Source: Candidatus Latescibacterota bacterium (GTDB lineage Bacteria; Latescibacterota; UBA2968; UBA8231). Taken from it: a stretch of 64,000 nucleotides of DNA. The notes under the pieces are model-generated. The model worked only from the letters and a program-made list of their open reading frames with translations, did not search any database and was not told where the DNA came from. Within the stretch, counting starts at the first letter, position 1. Every line of letters starts with the position of its first letter. Below are positions 35,792-45,829 of the stretch, one piece after another. Made by a program: the position numbers and the translations under genes. The stretch covers positions 4,800,001-4,864,000 of the forward strand of contig OZ242214.1 of the NCBI GenBank assembly GCA_965206595.1, in the 5' to 3' direction.

Positions 35792-36982
35792 ATGTCTCCA
35801 GAATCAGTCGAGGTCTTCGACAACCGGGCCGCTGCCCGCGACGGGACCGGGTCCGACACTTCCCGGTATGCCCCCCGGTTCGCGGAAGATGCCGCCGCCT
35901 TTCACCGCTCGATTCCCGGCTACTCCCCCACGGCGCTGCACTCCCTTCCTGCCCTGGCCGCGTCGCTCGGCATTTCCGCGGTATGGGTCAAGGACGAGTC
36001 GGCCCGTTTCGGGCTCAACGCCTTCAAGGGGTTGGGAACCTCGTATGCCGTGGCCGGCGTCCTCGCCGGCAGGCTCGGCCGCGATGTCGCCGGCGTCACC
36101 TTCGGCGACCTGACTTCCCCCGAGGCGAAGGCGGCGCTGGGCGACCTCGTCTTCGCCACGGCCACCGACGGCAACCACGGCCGCGGCGTCGCCTGGGCGG
36201 CGCAGCAACTCGGACAGAAGGCCGCGGTCTTCCTGCCCTCCCACGCGGCCCCGGTCCGGGTCGAGCGCATCCGCGGGCACGGCGCCGAGACCACGGTCAC
36301 CGACTGCAACTACGACGACACCGTGCGCATCGCCGCCGCCGAGGCGGAAAGGCAGGGCTGGGTGCTGATTCAGGACACCGCCTGGGAGGGGTACGAGGAG
36401 GTGCCGGTGTGGATCATGCAGGGGTACCTGACCATGTTCGCCGAAGCCCTGGAGCAGGCGGGAGAGCTGCCGACGCACCTGTTCATTCAGGCCGGGGTCG
36501 GATCATTCGCCGGCGCCCTGCAGGGGTATCTCGTCGAGCGCTACGGAGCGCGGCGGCCGCTGCTGGCGGTGGTCGAACCGCTGGCGATGGCCTCGTACTT
36601 CGCCTCCGCCCGGGCAGGGGACGGGCGCTCCCGCGCCATCGTCGATGCCCACCACGAGACCATCATGGCCTGCCTGGCAGCGGGCGAGAACAACCCGCTG
36701 GCCTGGCCGATCCTGCGGGATCACGCCGATTTCTTCGTCCGTTGTCCGGATCAGGTCGCGGAGTCGGGAATGCGCAGCCTCGCCCATCCGGGTGCCGGGG
36801 ATGCGCGCGTCGTCTCGGGAGAGTCGGGGGCGGTGACCGCGGGCCTGCTGGTCGGCGCCGGCAACGACGAGCGGCTGTTCGGGGAGCTGCAGCTCGACGC
36901 GGAATCGAAGGTGCTGCTGTTCTCGACCGAGGGGGCCGGAGATTCCGCCGACTACCGGCGAATCACCGGAACCGAGCCGTAG
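35792..36982 (+). CDS. dpaL: Diaminopropionate ammonia-lyase (PLP-dependent)
   Basis: KDESARFGLNAFKGLG, ATDGNHGRGVA, QDTAWEGYE, QAGVGSFA and SGESGA motifs. Confidence 0.95.
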   Translation: MSPESVEVFDNRAAARDGTGSDTSRYAPRFAEDAAAFHRSIPGYSPTALHSLPALAASLGISAVWVKDESARFGLNAFKGLGTSYAVAGVLAGRLGRDVAGVTFGDLTSPEAKAALGDLVFATATDGNHGRGVAWAAQQLGQKAAVFLPSHAAPVRVERIRGHGAETTVTDCNYDDTVRIAAAEAERQGWVLIQDTAWEGYEEVPVWIMQGYLTMFAEALEQAGELPTHLFIQAGVGSFAGALQGYLVERYGARRPLLAVVEPLAMASYFASARAGDGRSRAIVDAHHETIMACLAAGENNPLAWPILRDHADFFVRCPDQVAESGMRSLAHPGAGDARVVSGESGAVTAGLLVGAGNDERLFGELQLDAESKVLLFSTEGAGDSADYRRITGTEP

Positions 36983-37033
36983 GGTGACGGCCCGGTGCGA
37001 AAATGCCTGCCGCCCATCCCCCGGGCCCGGCCC

Positions 37034-37837
37034 TCAATGCTCCCAGCGGGCCAGCTCCATCCAGCGCGTCAGCTCGAGCCGCTTCGGCGTCAGCCTCCTG
37101 CGCATCCCGGGAGGCAGGTAGAAGTGGTGACAGTTGATCGGCTCGCGCGACATGACGTTGTAGTGGGCGTGGACGTAGTTGAAATACAGGTTGGAGCGGA
37201 TTCCGGGGGTCGTCTTCAGCAGGCCGTTGTGGACCACCGTCTCGGAGAACATCAGCACGTCCCCCGCCTTGCCGGTGACCGGCTGCGCCCCCGGAAGCTC
37301 GAGACCTTCGTAGTCGCCGAAGGGGAGGTCGAAGCTGCTCTTGTGCGACCCCGGCAGGGCGACGATGCAGCCGTCGTCCGGGCCGTTGTCGGTCAGGAAC
37401 CAGACAATGTTATACATGCGGGAGCGGATCTCGCCGTTGAAGTAGGAGAAATCGGAGACCGGCACCCCCCGGTGCCAGCCGCTGTGAACCGCTCCCTCGA
37501 ACTTGGAGATCGACCAGGTGTTGATCAGCTGGGGCAGGCCGACGAACTCCTCGAGGTAGGGGAGCACCCGGGGGTGGTCGATCAGCTCGTCGAACACCGG
37601 GTCGAGGCGCAGGAGGCCGTTCATCCTGACCTGGTTGGCCCGCTTGAGCTCCTTGGTCGGCCGTCCCTTGCGGCCCTCTTCGAGGTCATCCTGCCAGCGG
37701 TCTTCGTACTCCCTGCTCTCGGCCGCCTGGAGCCTGCCGAGGAAACGCTCGCATTCGGAAGGAGACAGCACCTGCCGCAACAGCAGAAACCCCTGCAGGT
37801 CGAACAGGAACCGCTCCTCTGGGCTGACGGCGCTCAT
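37034..37837 (-). CDS. Phytanoyl-CoA dioxygenase (PhyH) family Fe/2OG enzyme, HxG variant
   Basis: FDLQGFL, LIDHP, WHRG, LPGSHK and AGDVLMFSETVVHNG motifs. Confidence 0.88.
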   Translation of the reverse strand: MSAVSPEERFLFDLQGFLLLRQVLSPSECERFLGRLQAAESREYEDRWQDDLEEGRKGRPTKELKRANQVRMNGLLRLDPVFDELIDHPRVLPYLEEFVGLPQLINTWSISKFEGAVHSGWHRGVPVSDFSYFNGEIRSRMYNIVWFLTDNGPDDGCIVALPGSHKSSFDLPFGDYEGLELPGAQPVTGKAGDVLMFSETVVHNGLLKTTPGIRSNLYFNYVHAHYNVMSREPINCHHFYLPPGMRRRLTPKRLELTRWMELARWEH

Positions 37838-37866
37838 GTCGCTCCCTTTCTTCGGTGATTCATCGT

Positions 37867-38268
37867 CTACCCGGTCCCCTCCTCGAACCGCAGCGACGCC
37901 GAGTTGATGCAGTAGCGCATCCCGGTGGGAAGCGGCCCGTCGGGAAACAGGTGGCCGAGGTGGCCGCCGCAGGCGCTGCACAGGACCTCGGTCCGCACCA
38001 TGCCGTAGCTGGGGTCGGTCTCCTCGTCGATGCTTTCGGGATCGTGCGGCTGGTAGAAGCTCGGCCACCCGGTCCCGGAGTCGAACTTGGTGTCGGAGCT
38101 GAACAGTCTGGCGCCGCAGCCGGCGCAGGCGAACGTCCCCTTCCCCTTGAAGTCGTTGAACTCCCCGGTGAACGGGCGCTCCGTCCCCTTCCGCCGGAGG
38201 ATGTCGAACTGCCCGGAAGTGAGAATCTCCCTCCACTCCGCTTCCGTTTTTTCGACCTTCGGTGCCAT
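37867..38268 (-). CDS. msrB: Peptide-methionine (R)-S-oxide reductase
   Basis: [28 protein letters not shown] and RYCINS motifs. Confidence 0.97.
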   Translation of the reverse strand: MAPKVEKTEAEWREILTSGQFDILRRKGTERPFTGEFNDFKGKGTFACAGCGARLFSSDTKFDSGTGWPSFYQPHDPESIDEETDPSYGMVRTEVLCSACGGHLGHLFPDGPLPTGMRYCINSASLRFEEGTG

Positions 38269-38575
38269 GCTTTCCTCTTTGCAGGTAATTTGTCCCGACA
38301 ACCGGTGCCGCAGCCGCCGTGGATTGCATGTCGCGGATAATGGCCCACGCACCTGCGAGAAGCCAGCGGCCTTCCGGCCGACATGGTTTCTTAGAAGGTG
38401 CACCATGAATCCACTTCCCCGGGGCCTCAAGTGTCACGTTGCCGCGGCGTTCACGCCGATAACCCCGGCGTGGCTGCCCTCCCGTTCGTCCCGCGGGGCT
38501 CTGCGGCTCGCGAAACGCCACTTCCGGTGCGGGCTAAATTAGGCGGCCAACGGGAGCCATCAAAGGAGGCTGGAA

Positions 38576-39319
38576 ATGCCGGACACGGACCTGAACAACA
38601 TCGTCGTCCTCTACAAGGGGGGACGCCTTCCCACGTGGGATGCCCTCACCGACCGGCAGCGGGATGAGTATCAGCAGGAGCACGTCGACCTCATGCTCGA
38701 GGTTGCAGGCCGGCACCGGATGATCGGCCTGGAAGGCTTCCGCCTGATCACCCCGCAGCAGAACTGGCAACGCTTCTGGACGATCGAGTTTCCGACCTTT
38801 GCCGGGGCGCGGGACTGGATAGAGAGCGAGGTCGCTCCGCCGTACGGGCGCTACGGATTCTACGAGTACTACCTGGCAACGCGATGGCTCCGGGAACAGC
38901 ACGACGCATGGGTGACGAATCCGCAGCCATCGGCCGCGGTGCCGGCCGGTGCGAATCCCCGGGAGGTTCCCCCGCTCTCGGTCTCCGGCGATTCGGTCGT
39001 CGTCCTGACGTTCTGGCGGCGACCGCCGGAGGTGGAAGAAAGCCCGGCCGGGACGGGGCCCGCCGAGGAGAGGGAAGCCCTGATGAAGTCGGTCGCCCGC
39101 GACTTCGGGCTGATGCGCTGCGAGGCGTTCGAGCTGATCGCACCCCAGCAGGACTGGAATCTGGTCCGAATCGCGGAGTTCCCCGGGCTCGCCGGGGCCG
39201 AGGCCTGGATCGACGCCGAGGTTCAGCCGTCGCTCGGGCAGGAGGAAACCCGTTCGTATTTCCTCGCCCGCAAGTGGGCTCCGGAGTACTTCGCCACCTG
39301 GGTGCCGCAGCCGGCGTGA
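38576..39319 (+). CDS. Hypothetical protein made of two homologous halves
   Basis: GGAGG RBS. EGFRLITPQQNW..EFPTFAGARDWIESEV aligns with EAFELIAPQQDW..EFPGLAGAEAWIDAEV. Confidence 0.8.
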   Translation: MPDTDLNNIVVLYKGGRLPTWDALTDRQRDEYQQEHVDLMLEVAGRHRMIGLEGFRLITPQQNWQRFWTIEFPTFAGARDWIESEVAPPYGRYGFYEYYLATRWLREQHDAWVTNPQPSAAVPAGANPREVPPLSVSGDSVVVLTFWRRPPEVEESPAGTGPAEEREALMKSVARDFGLMRCEAFELIAPQQDWNLVRIAEFPGLAGAEAWIDAEVQPSLGQEETRSYFLARKWAPEYFATWVPQPA

Positions 39320-39341
39320 CCGGAGAGGGTCACAGGCATGG

Positions 39342-40187
39342 TTACACGGCCGTGTTCGCCGCTTCGTAGTACTTGTTGATTCCCGGGACGTCCCTCATCC
39401 CGTGCCAGACCCCGCGGAACAAGGTTTGCCGCTTCGGCTTCATGGCGGCGATCACCTCCGGCGCCGGGCAGCCCTTCCCCCACTTGGAGTTCACCGTGTT
39501 GTAGCAGGTGAACAGCGACAGCCGGTCCCGCTCTTCGTTGACCCACTTCGTCCCGGTGTGGCCCAGCGCCTCGGTGAAGATCAGCGCCGAGCCGGCGGGG
39601 CAGGCGTAGGTCTCCCAGAGGTCGCTGTCGCGCCCGCTGAGGGCGTCGGGCCGGGGAAAGGCGGACTTGTGGCTTCCCGACAACAGCATGGTGCCGCCAT
39701 CGCCGGGTCCGACCTCGTTGAGCTCCCACACCACCCGCGTCAGGCCAGCGTGGATCTTGCCCGGCTGCATCTGGTAGATGTGGGAGTTTCCCTCGAAGTT
39801 GAACAGTCCGCCGCCGCCGTGCGGATTGTAGTTGTCGTGGCCCGCGGCGCGGTGGCTGGTGTAGGTGTGGTCGTAGCGGAACCCGTAGCAGGATTCCGAC
39901 GCGAGCCCCTGGTGCGACAGGACCTCGTTGAGCACGCCGACCACCGCGGGGTGATCGAGCAGGATCTCCGACGGTCCGCCGTGGTTGTCGCGCTCCTGCG
40001 GCGGCAGCGACTCGCGGTCGTGGAGGAAGGCGTGCTGATGGGCGCGGATCGCCTCGAGCTGGTCCCCGGACAGCAGGCCGGGCAGGCAGATCCAGCCCTT
40101 GAGATCGAAGAGGTACTTCTGCTCGTCGCTCATCGGCACGACGGGGAGACCGTCGGCATTGGTTGCAGGCAGCAGCTCGGCGCTCAT
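39342..40187 (-). CDS. PhyH family Fe/2OG enzyme, HxG variant
   Basis: FDLKGW, LLDHP, PHGGG, LSGSHK and AGSALIFTEALGHTG motifs. Confidence 0.85.
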   Translation of the reverse strand: MSAELLPATNADGLPVVPMSDEQKYLFDLKGWICLPGLLSGDQLEAIRAHQHAFLHDRESLPPQERDNHGGPSEILLDHPAVVGVLNEVLSHQGLASESCYGFRYDHTYTSHRAAGHDNYNPHGGGGLFNFEGNSHIYQMQPGKIHAGLTRVVWELNEVGPGDGGTMLLSGSHKSAFPRPDALSGRDSDLWETYACPAGSALIFTEALGHTGTKWVNEERDRLSLFTCYNTVNSKWGKGCPAPEVIAAMKPKRQTLFRGVWHGMRDVPGINKYYEAANTAV

Positions 40188-40329
40188 GACGCTCCGTTTC
40201 CTTGGAAGAGATGTGTGGGATGGTATGTGCGGAATATCGAACGCTCCGGCAGCGGCCGGGGAAGTGATCCTGCCAGCGCCGGGCGGCGGCCCTTGCCGGC
40301 GGCGGATCTGTTTCGGCGGATCTGCCGCC

Positions 40330-41253
40330 TCAGGCCCCGTACACCTCCCGGGCGGTGCCCCCCAGCACGAGGGCGCGCTCGTCCGGCGACAGAAACTCGG
40401 TGTGCAGCTGCGCCAGGCGCAGCCAGGCCGGGTAGTTCTGGTGCTTCAGGGTTCCCGGCTGGTCGGTGCCCCACATGATCTTCCGCGGCCCGACGGCCTC
40501 GACCGCGCGCTCGAGGAACCGCTGCGCCGCCGGGTAGGGGAAGTCCTCCTCCCAGTCCGGCAGCGACGCCATGTCGAACCAGACGTTCGCCAGCCTGCCG
40601 AGGGCGATCTGCTCCTGCCACATCCGCCACTTCAGCGGGTCGGCCTGCTCCGCCTGCTTGCGGGGTTGCCCGAGGTGGGCGATGACGATCCTGAGACCGG
40701 GGTGGCTCTCCGCAATCCCGCGCACCGCGCCGGTCTGGTACGAGGGATCCCCTGCCGTGCCGAGGTCGAGGACGAGGGGAACCCCCGCCTTCTCCGTCGC
40801 CGCCCAGAGCCAGGAGATGCCGTCGTCGTCGAGGCGGGCGCCCAGGTGAACGCCGGATAACCCGGCCTCGTACGAGAACTCGATCTTCACCGCCGAGAAC
40901 TCCCCGGTCTCCAGCATGCGGTCGAACTCGCGCCGGTACTCCGGGCGCCAGGGATCGGCGTGCAGGGCCCCGAGCAGACGGTCCGGGTAGCGGCGCACGG
41001 CGTCGAGGACAAACTGGTTGCACTCGCCGTAGATCGTGCCCTGCTGCAGCACGGCCTTGTCGACGCCGGCCCAGTCGAGGTTGGCGATCAGCATCTCCGG
41101 GGTGAACTCGGTGCGGGCGTTGAAGGGGGGAATCATGCGCACGATCCGCCGCCCGCCCACGGTCATGTTCCCGTACCCGGCGCCGCGCGTGGCGCCGCCA
41201 CGGATGACGCCGTCGACCTCGGGGAAGATGTGGTTGTGGGCGTCGACGATCAC
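40330..41253 (-). CDS. Amidohydrolase_2 family protein
   Basis: VDAHNH, IAHLG and MWGTDQP motifs. The GTG start overlaps the upstream stop. Confidence 0.88.
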   Translation of the reverse strand: MIVDAHNHIFPEVDGVIRGGATRGAGYGNMTVGGRRIVRMIPPFNARTEFTPEMLIANLDWAGVDKAVLQQGTIYGECNQFVLDAVRRYPDRLLGALHADPWRPEYRREFDRMLETGEFSAVKIEFSYEAGLSGVHLGARLDDDGISWLWAATEKAGVPLVLDLGTAGDPSYQTGAVRGIAESHPGLRIVIAHLGQPRKQAEQADPLKWRMWQEQIALGRLANVWFDMASLPDWEEDFPYPAAQRFLERAVEAVGPRKIMWGTDQPGTLKHQNYPAWLRLAQLHTEFLSPDERALVLGGTAREVYGA

Positions 41254-42005
41254 AGTTCGTACTGCCCCTCTCTGCGGCGCCCGAACTTGCCGACGCAGAG
41301 GGCCCGGTGGCCCTCCGGCATGCGCTCGTACGTCTCGCGCCACAGCGGCTGGTGTCCCCCCTCGATCCAGTTGTTCATCCAGCTGGGGTAGTAAGCGATG
41401 TTGAGACCGACGCGGATATCCCCGCCGGTGTTTGCCCCGGCGCCGTGGAAGAGGCCGCCGTGCCACATCATCACCGAGCCGGAGCGGCCGGTGACGTCGC
41501 GGACCACCGGGTCGTCGGGCTCGAGGTCGGCCGGGGGGCTCTTCAGCCGCGAGCGGTGGCTCATCGGCACGACCCGGGTGGCGCCGTTGGCTGCCGTGAA
41601 GTCGGTCAGCATCCAGATCGAGTTGATCATCCAGGGTACGTCCGGCACCTGCTGGAAATTGCCGGCCGAGTCGACGTGCAGGGGCCACTGGCCTTTGAAG
41701 CCGGGCCAGTTCGGCTTGCTGCAGGCCTCGACGACGCGGCAGCGGTGGCCGAGAAGGTGGCGGGCGATGGCGACGGTGTCGGGGTGGAAGGCGCAGTCCC
41801 AGACGCGGTCGTCGTGGTTGAGCATGCCGAACAGGGTTTCGTACGGCTTCTCGCCGGCCTTGAAGTCGGAGTAGCGGGGGTCTTCGTGCAGCTCGAGGAA
41901 GTCGGCGGCCATCGACCGCGTCTTCTCCTCGGGAAGGCGGTCCTCGAGGATACAGTATCCGTAGGTCAGCAGGTGGTCGGCGGCGGCGAGCAGTTCTCCC
42001 TTCAT
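41250..42005 (-). CDS. PhyH family dioxygenase
   Basis: LHVD, WMLTDFTAANGATRVVPMSH and FHGAGAN motifs. Confidence 0.92.
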   Translation of the reverse strand: MKGELLAAADHLLTYGYCILEDRLPEEKTRSMAADFLELHEDPRYSDFKAGEKPYETLFGMLNHDDRVWDCAFHPDTVAIARHLLGHRCRVVEACSKPNWPGFKGQWPLHVDSAGNFQQVPDVPWMINSIWMLTDFTAANGATRVVPMSHRSRLKSPPADLEPDDPVVRDVTGRSGSVMMWHGGLFHGAGANTGGDIRVGLNIAYYPSWMNNWIEGGHQPLWRETYERMPEGHRALCVGKFGRRREGQYEL

Positions 42006-42051
42006 CGCTGTTCCTTCTGTTGTCGCCGAAGCACCGCGTACCGGGCTGACC

Positions 42052-43122
42052 TCAGGGAAGCCGGGGGACGACCTCCTTCGCCATCAGCTCCATCGACCGC
42101 TTCATCCTCGCCTTGTCGTCCCAGTCGTGGCCGATCATCAGCACGGTGCCGAATCCGCCGGTGACCTCGTACAGCTCCTGCAGGCGCGCGGTCACCGTGT
42201 CGGGACTGCCGACGATGGCGACTTCATCGACGATGTACTCCCGGGTGACGTCGGCGTCGGACATGGAGGAGTCCTTCTTCGGCAGGTCGATCATGTTGGC
42301 GATCGCCAGCATGCCGCGCAGGTATACGAGCGAGTCGCCGAAGGCCCCGTTCAGGGCGTGCTCGCGGGCCTCGGCATCGGTCTCGCCGACGTAGATGCTG
42401 CGCGAGACGCGCCAGTCGGCGCGGTCCGGTTCGGGCCGATCCGCCTCGGCGGCGCCGTCGCAGTACATCTCCCACTGGCGTGTCACCTTGTGCGGCGGCG
42501 CCAGGTTGATGCTGATCGGCAGGAACCCGCGCCTGCCGCCGGTAGTCGCCGCCATCGACTCCTCCTTGACGATGCTCATGGCGATCGGCGGATGCGGCTT
42601 CTGGTACGGCTTGAGCACCTCTCCGAGGCCGAGCTCCGGAACCCTGTCCCCCAGGACGACCTTCCAGAAATCCCCGTTGAACTCGAAGGGGCCGTCCTCG
42701 GTCCAGAGCTTCAGGACGATGTCCATCGCCTCGAGGTTCATCAGCCCCTGGGTGCGGGGATCCGGCAGGTCGAACAGCCCCCAGTCGGTCGGCACGCCCC
42801 CCTGCCCGAAGCCGACGTTGATGCGGCCCCGCGACAGGTGGTCGAGGTAGGCGAGGCGCACCGCGACGTTGGCCGGGTGGTGCTGGGTCATGATGGTGAC
42901 TCCGGTGCCCAGGCGGATCGTCCGGGTCTGCGGCAGCACGTGGGCGATGAACAGGTCGTTGGCCGGGATCGGCTCCCACATGGCGGTGTGGTGCTGGCCG
43001 ATCCAGGCCTCGCTGAAGCCGAGCTCCTCCGCCCACAGCACGCACTCCGTGTCCTCGTCGAAGGTCTGGGTGCGGTCCTTCTGCGGCGGATGCAGCGGCA
43101 TCATGAACTTCCCGATCTTCAT
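42052..43122 (-). CDS. LLM class (luciferase-like) flavin-dependent monooxygenase
   Basis: GFSEAWIGQHH, IRLGTGV, LDHLSRGR and KPYQKPHPP motifs. Confidence 0.93.
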   Translation of the reverse strand: MKIGKFMMPLHPPQKDRTQTFDEDTECVLWAEELGFSEAWIGQHHTAMWEPIPANDLFIAHVLPQTRTIRLGTGVTIMTQHHPANVAVRLAYLDHLSRGRINVGFGQGGVPTDWGLFDLPDPRTQGLMNLEAMDIVLKLWTEDGPFEFNGDFWKVVLGDRVPELGLGEVLKPYQKPHPPIAMSIVKEESMAATTGGRRGFLPISINLAPPHKVTRQWEMYCDGAAEADRPEPDRADWRVSRSIYVGETDAEAREHALNGAFGDSLVYLRGMLAIANMIDLPKKDSSMSDADVTREYIVDEVAIVGSPDTVTARLQELYEVTGGFGTVLMIGHDWDDKARMKRSMELMAKEVVPRLP

Positions 43123-43158
43123 TTTCGATCCTCCCGAACGGCCGGCGCCGGTCCGTCC

Positions 43159-44142
43159 TCAGTTCTCGTTCACCGCCTGCAACATCGCGTGAATGTATCC
43201 GTAGGTGTAGGCGAAACCGACCTGCCCCGGCTCGTCTCCCGAAAGCCCGGGGACGTGGTCGGGCATGATCATGTACTCGTACCCCACTTCCCTGAAGGTG
43301 CGCAGGGCCTTGAGCATGTCGACGTCCCCTTCGTCGGGGAAGACCTCGACGAAGTTGCCGAGCCCGCCCTTTATGTTGCGGAAGTGCAGGTTGAAGATCT
43401 TCTTGCGCTCGCCGAACCAGCGGATGACGTCGTAGACCTCTTCGGCGGGGTTCTCCAGGCTCTCGGCGACGCAGCCGAGGCAGAAGTTCAGGCCGTTGTA
43501 CGGGCTGTCGTAGAGCTGGGTCAGTTTCTTCAGGCCGTCGACCATTCCCATCACCCGCGCCACGCCGCGGTAGGTGTTGCCGACCCCGATGCCGGGGTCG
43601 GAGGGATGGCAGGCCATCTGCACCTCGTACTCCTCGGCCACCGGGATGATGCGCTTCAGCCAGCACTCGACGCGCGCGTACATCTCGTCCTCGTCCGCGG
43701 CGCCCCCTTCGAACTCCGGCAGCGACTGGTCGAGCTTGTCGTACTCCCACGACGACAGCCGCGCCCCGCCGCGCCCGTAGCGCGACTCGGTCCGCAGATG
43801 GCCGAGGATGGTGATGTTGTAGTTGAGGCCGCGAATCCCCGCCTGCGAGGCCATGCGCACGGTCTCGCACATCCTGTCGAGCTGGCGTTCGCGCTCGTCG
43901 CTGCCGGGCAGGAAGATCGCCCCCGCCTCGTTCTCGAAGGCGCTGCCCGAACCGAGGGGGATGTGGATCATCTCGAGGTTGATGCCGTGCCTGTCGAAGC
44001 GCTCGCGCAGCCGCACGAGCGTGTCGGCCGTCCACTCCTCCCAGGGTTCGGTCGGGGTCTGGTCGACGTTTCTTACTCCGAGCTGGGCGAGGACCTCGAT
44101 GTCGGCGTCGTGGCGGCAGTGAAACTGGGTTCCGATGTACAT
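43159..44142 (-). CDS. Mannonate dehydratase (UxuA)-family protein
   Basis: ACHPSDP, NGLNFCLG, HFRNIKG, EVFPDEGDVDM and MPDHVP motifs. Confidence 0.88.
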   Translation of the reverse strand: MYIGTQFHCRHDADIEVLAQLGVRNVDQTPTEPWEEWTADTLVRLRERFDRHGINLEMIHIPLGSGSAFENEAGAIFLPGSDERERQLDRMCETVRMASQAGIRGLNYNITILGHLRTESRYGRGGARLSSWEYDKLDQSLPEFEGGAADEDEMYARVECWLKRIIPVAEEYEVQMACHPSDPGIGVGNTYRGVARVMGMVDGLKKLTQLYDSPYNGLNFCLGCVAESLENPAEEVYDVIRWFGERKKIFNLHFRNIKGGLGNFVEVFPDEGDVDMLKALRTFREVGYEYMIMPDHVPGLSGDEPGQVGFAYTYGYIHAMLQAVNEN

Positions 44143-44162
44143 CCGTTTCTCTCTTTCCGTGA

Positions 44163-45371
44163 TCAGGCCCGCATCAGCCGCAGGCAGTTTTCATACACCT
44201 CGAACCGCTCTCCCTCGCGCTCTTCCCGATCGACTTTCTTGAGGAACAGGGCGCTGCCGGGCCTGGAGCCGGCGAAGCTGCGGTGGCTGCCGATGTGGGC
44301 CGGGTCCGGCCCGTTCCACTTGACCTCGCCGTCCTGCAGATAGATGAAATCCCCGGCATAGCGATCCGTCATCTCCTTCATGCGGTCGCGGTAGAACAGG
44401 CCCTGCTCGCAGGCGCTGCTGCGCACCGAGGCCATGCGCTCGGGGGATTCCTGTTCGATGGAGTCGAACTCGTTCAGCGGCGCCTCCACTTCGCTCTCGA
44501 GGTCGATGGCGTCGAGGTCGACGGTGCCGAACCCACCCTGCGCCGCCACCAGCAGGTGGTTGCGGTCGCGGCGGAAGGGCGGCGTCGGCCAGTCCGATGC
44601 CGGATCGTGCCCCATCAGGTGGGCGCCGACGGCATCGGTGGCGACGATCTGGTCCCCGGCCACCAGGGCGTTACCGACGCGGCCCTCGCCGCCCCACTCG
44701 CACCCCCACTGGCCGGTGGTGGCGTCGATGATGTTGAGCGCCGGATCGGTGATGCGCCCCAGGTCGGGGAGCACGTAGGAGAGCCTGATGGCGTGGTGGA
44801 AGTAGGTGCGCACGCGGCCCTCGGGGGGAATGGTCGGCGTGATCCCGAACAGGTTCTTCATGCACAGGGTCACGCCCATGAACCCGTGGTTCTTCATCTT
44901 GGCGACCGAAACCACCTCGTCGGCGTCGCGCCAGCAGCTGCTCAGGGAGTAGCGGTCGAACATGAAGCCGCCCCCCGGGACCTCGTACTCGGCGAACGGG
45001 GCCAGCGTCGACTCGTCGTACTCGACGCCGAACTCCTGCAACAGCTCCAGGTAGTTGAGGCCGTCGGTCCGCTTGCCCTCGGCGTCGTACCCGTGCGTGT
45101 CGCTGGCCACCAGGTCGGCGGAGGTGCGCTCGCGCAGCAGCCTGAGCACGGCGCGGGCGACGGCGTCGTCGACGAGCTCGCGGCGGCGCCCTTCGAAATG
45201 CTCCACCTTGGTGTGCATCATGTTGAACTTGAGGGCGATCCGTCCCGCTTTCTCCAGCTTTTCCCAGGACCGCGCCAGCGGCGCGGTCGCCCGTGCGAGC
45301 GCCTGGTATACCTCTTCGTCGGAGGCGAGGTGGTCGCAGCGCACCGCGCGGACGCTGAACGGCTTTGCCAT
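44163..45371 (-). CDS. DUF362 domain protein
   Basis: LKFN, AKMKNH, TLCMKNLFG and DQIVATDAV motifs. Confidence 0.85.
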   Translation of the reverse strand: MAKPFSVRAVRCDHLASDEEVYQALARATAPLARSWEKLEKAGRIALKFNMMHTKVEHFEGRRRELVDDAVARAVLRLLRERTSADLVASDTHGYDAEGKRTDGLNYLELLQEFGVEYDESTLAPFAEYEVPGGGFMFDRYSLSSCWRDADEVVSVAKMKNHGFMGVTLCMKNLFGITPTIPPEGRVRTYFHHAIRLSYVLPDLGRITDPALNIIDATTGQWGCEWGGEGRVGNALVAGDQIVATDAVGAHLMGHDPASDWPTPPFRRDRNHLLVAAQGGFGTVDLDAIDLESEVEAPLNEFDSIEQESPERMASVRSSACEQGLFYRDRMKEMTDRYAGDFIYLQDGEVKWNGPDPAHIGSHRSFAGSRPGSALFLKKVDREEREGERFEVYENCLRLMRA

Positions 45372-45829
45372 TTGTCCTGCCTTCTTCTGCGTGGAACGGA
45401 TTTGTGCCCTCGAATCCGGCTGCCGGGGCGGTGATCACTCGGGGAAGCGGCCTGATAATACGCCCCCTCTCGAAAGAGGGTCAAGCAGGATCGCAGGCCC
45501 GCCCCGCTCCCTGCCGGGCCGGAGCCCGGGCACCTCCGGGGCGTGAAAACATGCCGCTTCGGACGCCCTCCTCCCCACAGGCCGGCGGACCCCGCTTCCA
45601 TGCCGCCGCGCCCCTTCCAGCGACGAGCCGGCGGCGCGCCAAAACCTCGGGGTCGGGACCCGGCCGCTCGATTTCGAGGGCACTCCCGGACAGCTGAGCT
45701 GGATCCTGCCCCCCGGCGAATGGCAGCGGCACTCGATGGACTCATACCGCAGGAACTGGAACCCCGCACCGGGCGCGGTTTCCCGATAATTCCCCAGGCC
45801 GGCCTCGGGATCCCGACCCCTCCGACCTG

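Noticed and set aside
37838-38521. 495-aa PhyH ORF suggesting an MsrB-PhyH fusion
   Set aside because: msrB is in a different frame with its own stop, and PhyH has its own RBS and ATG at 37837.
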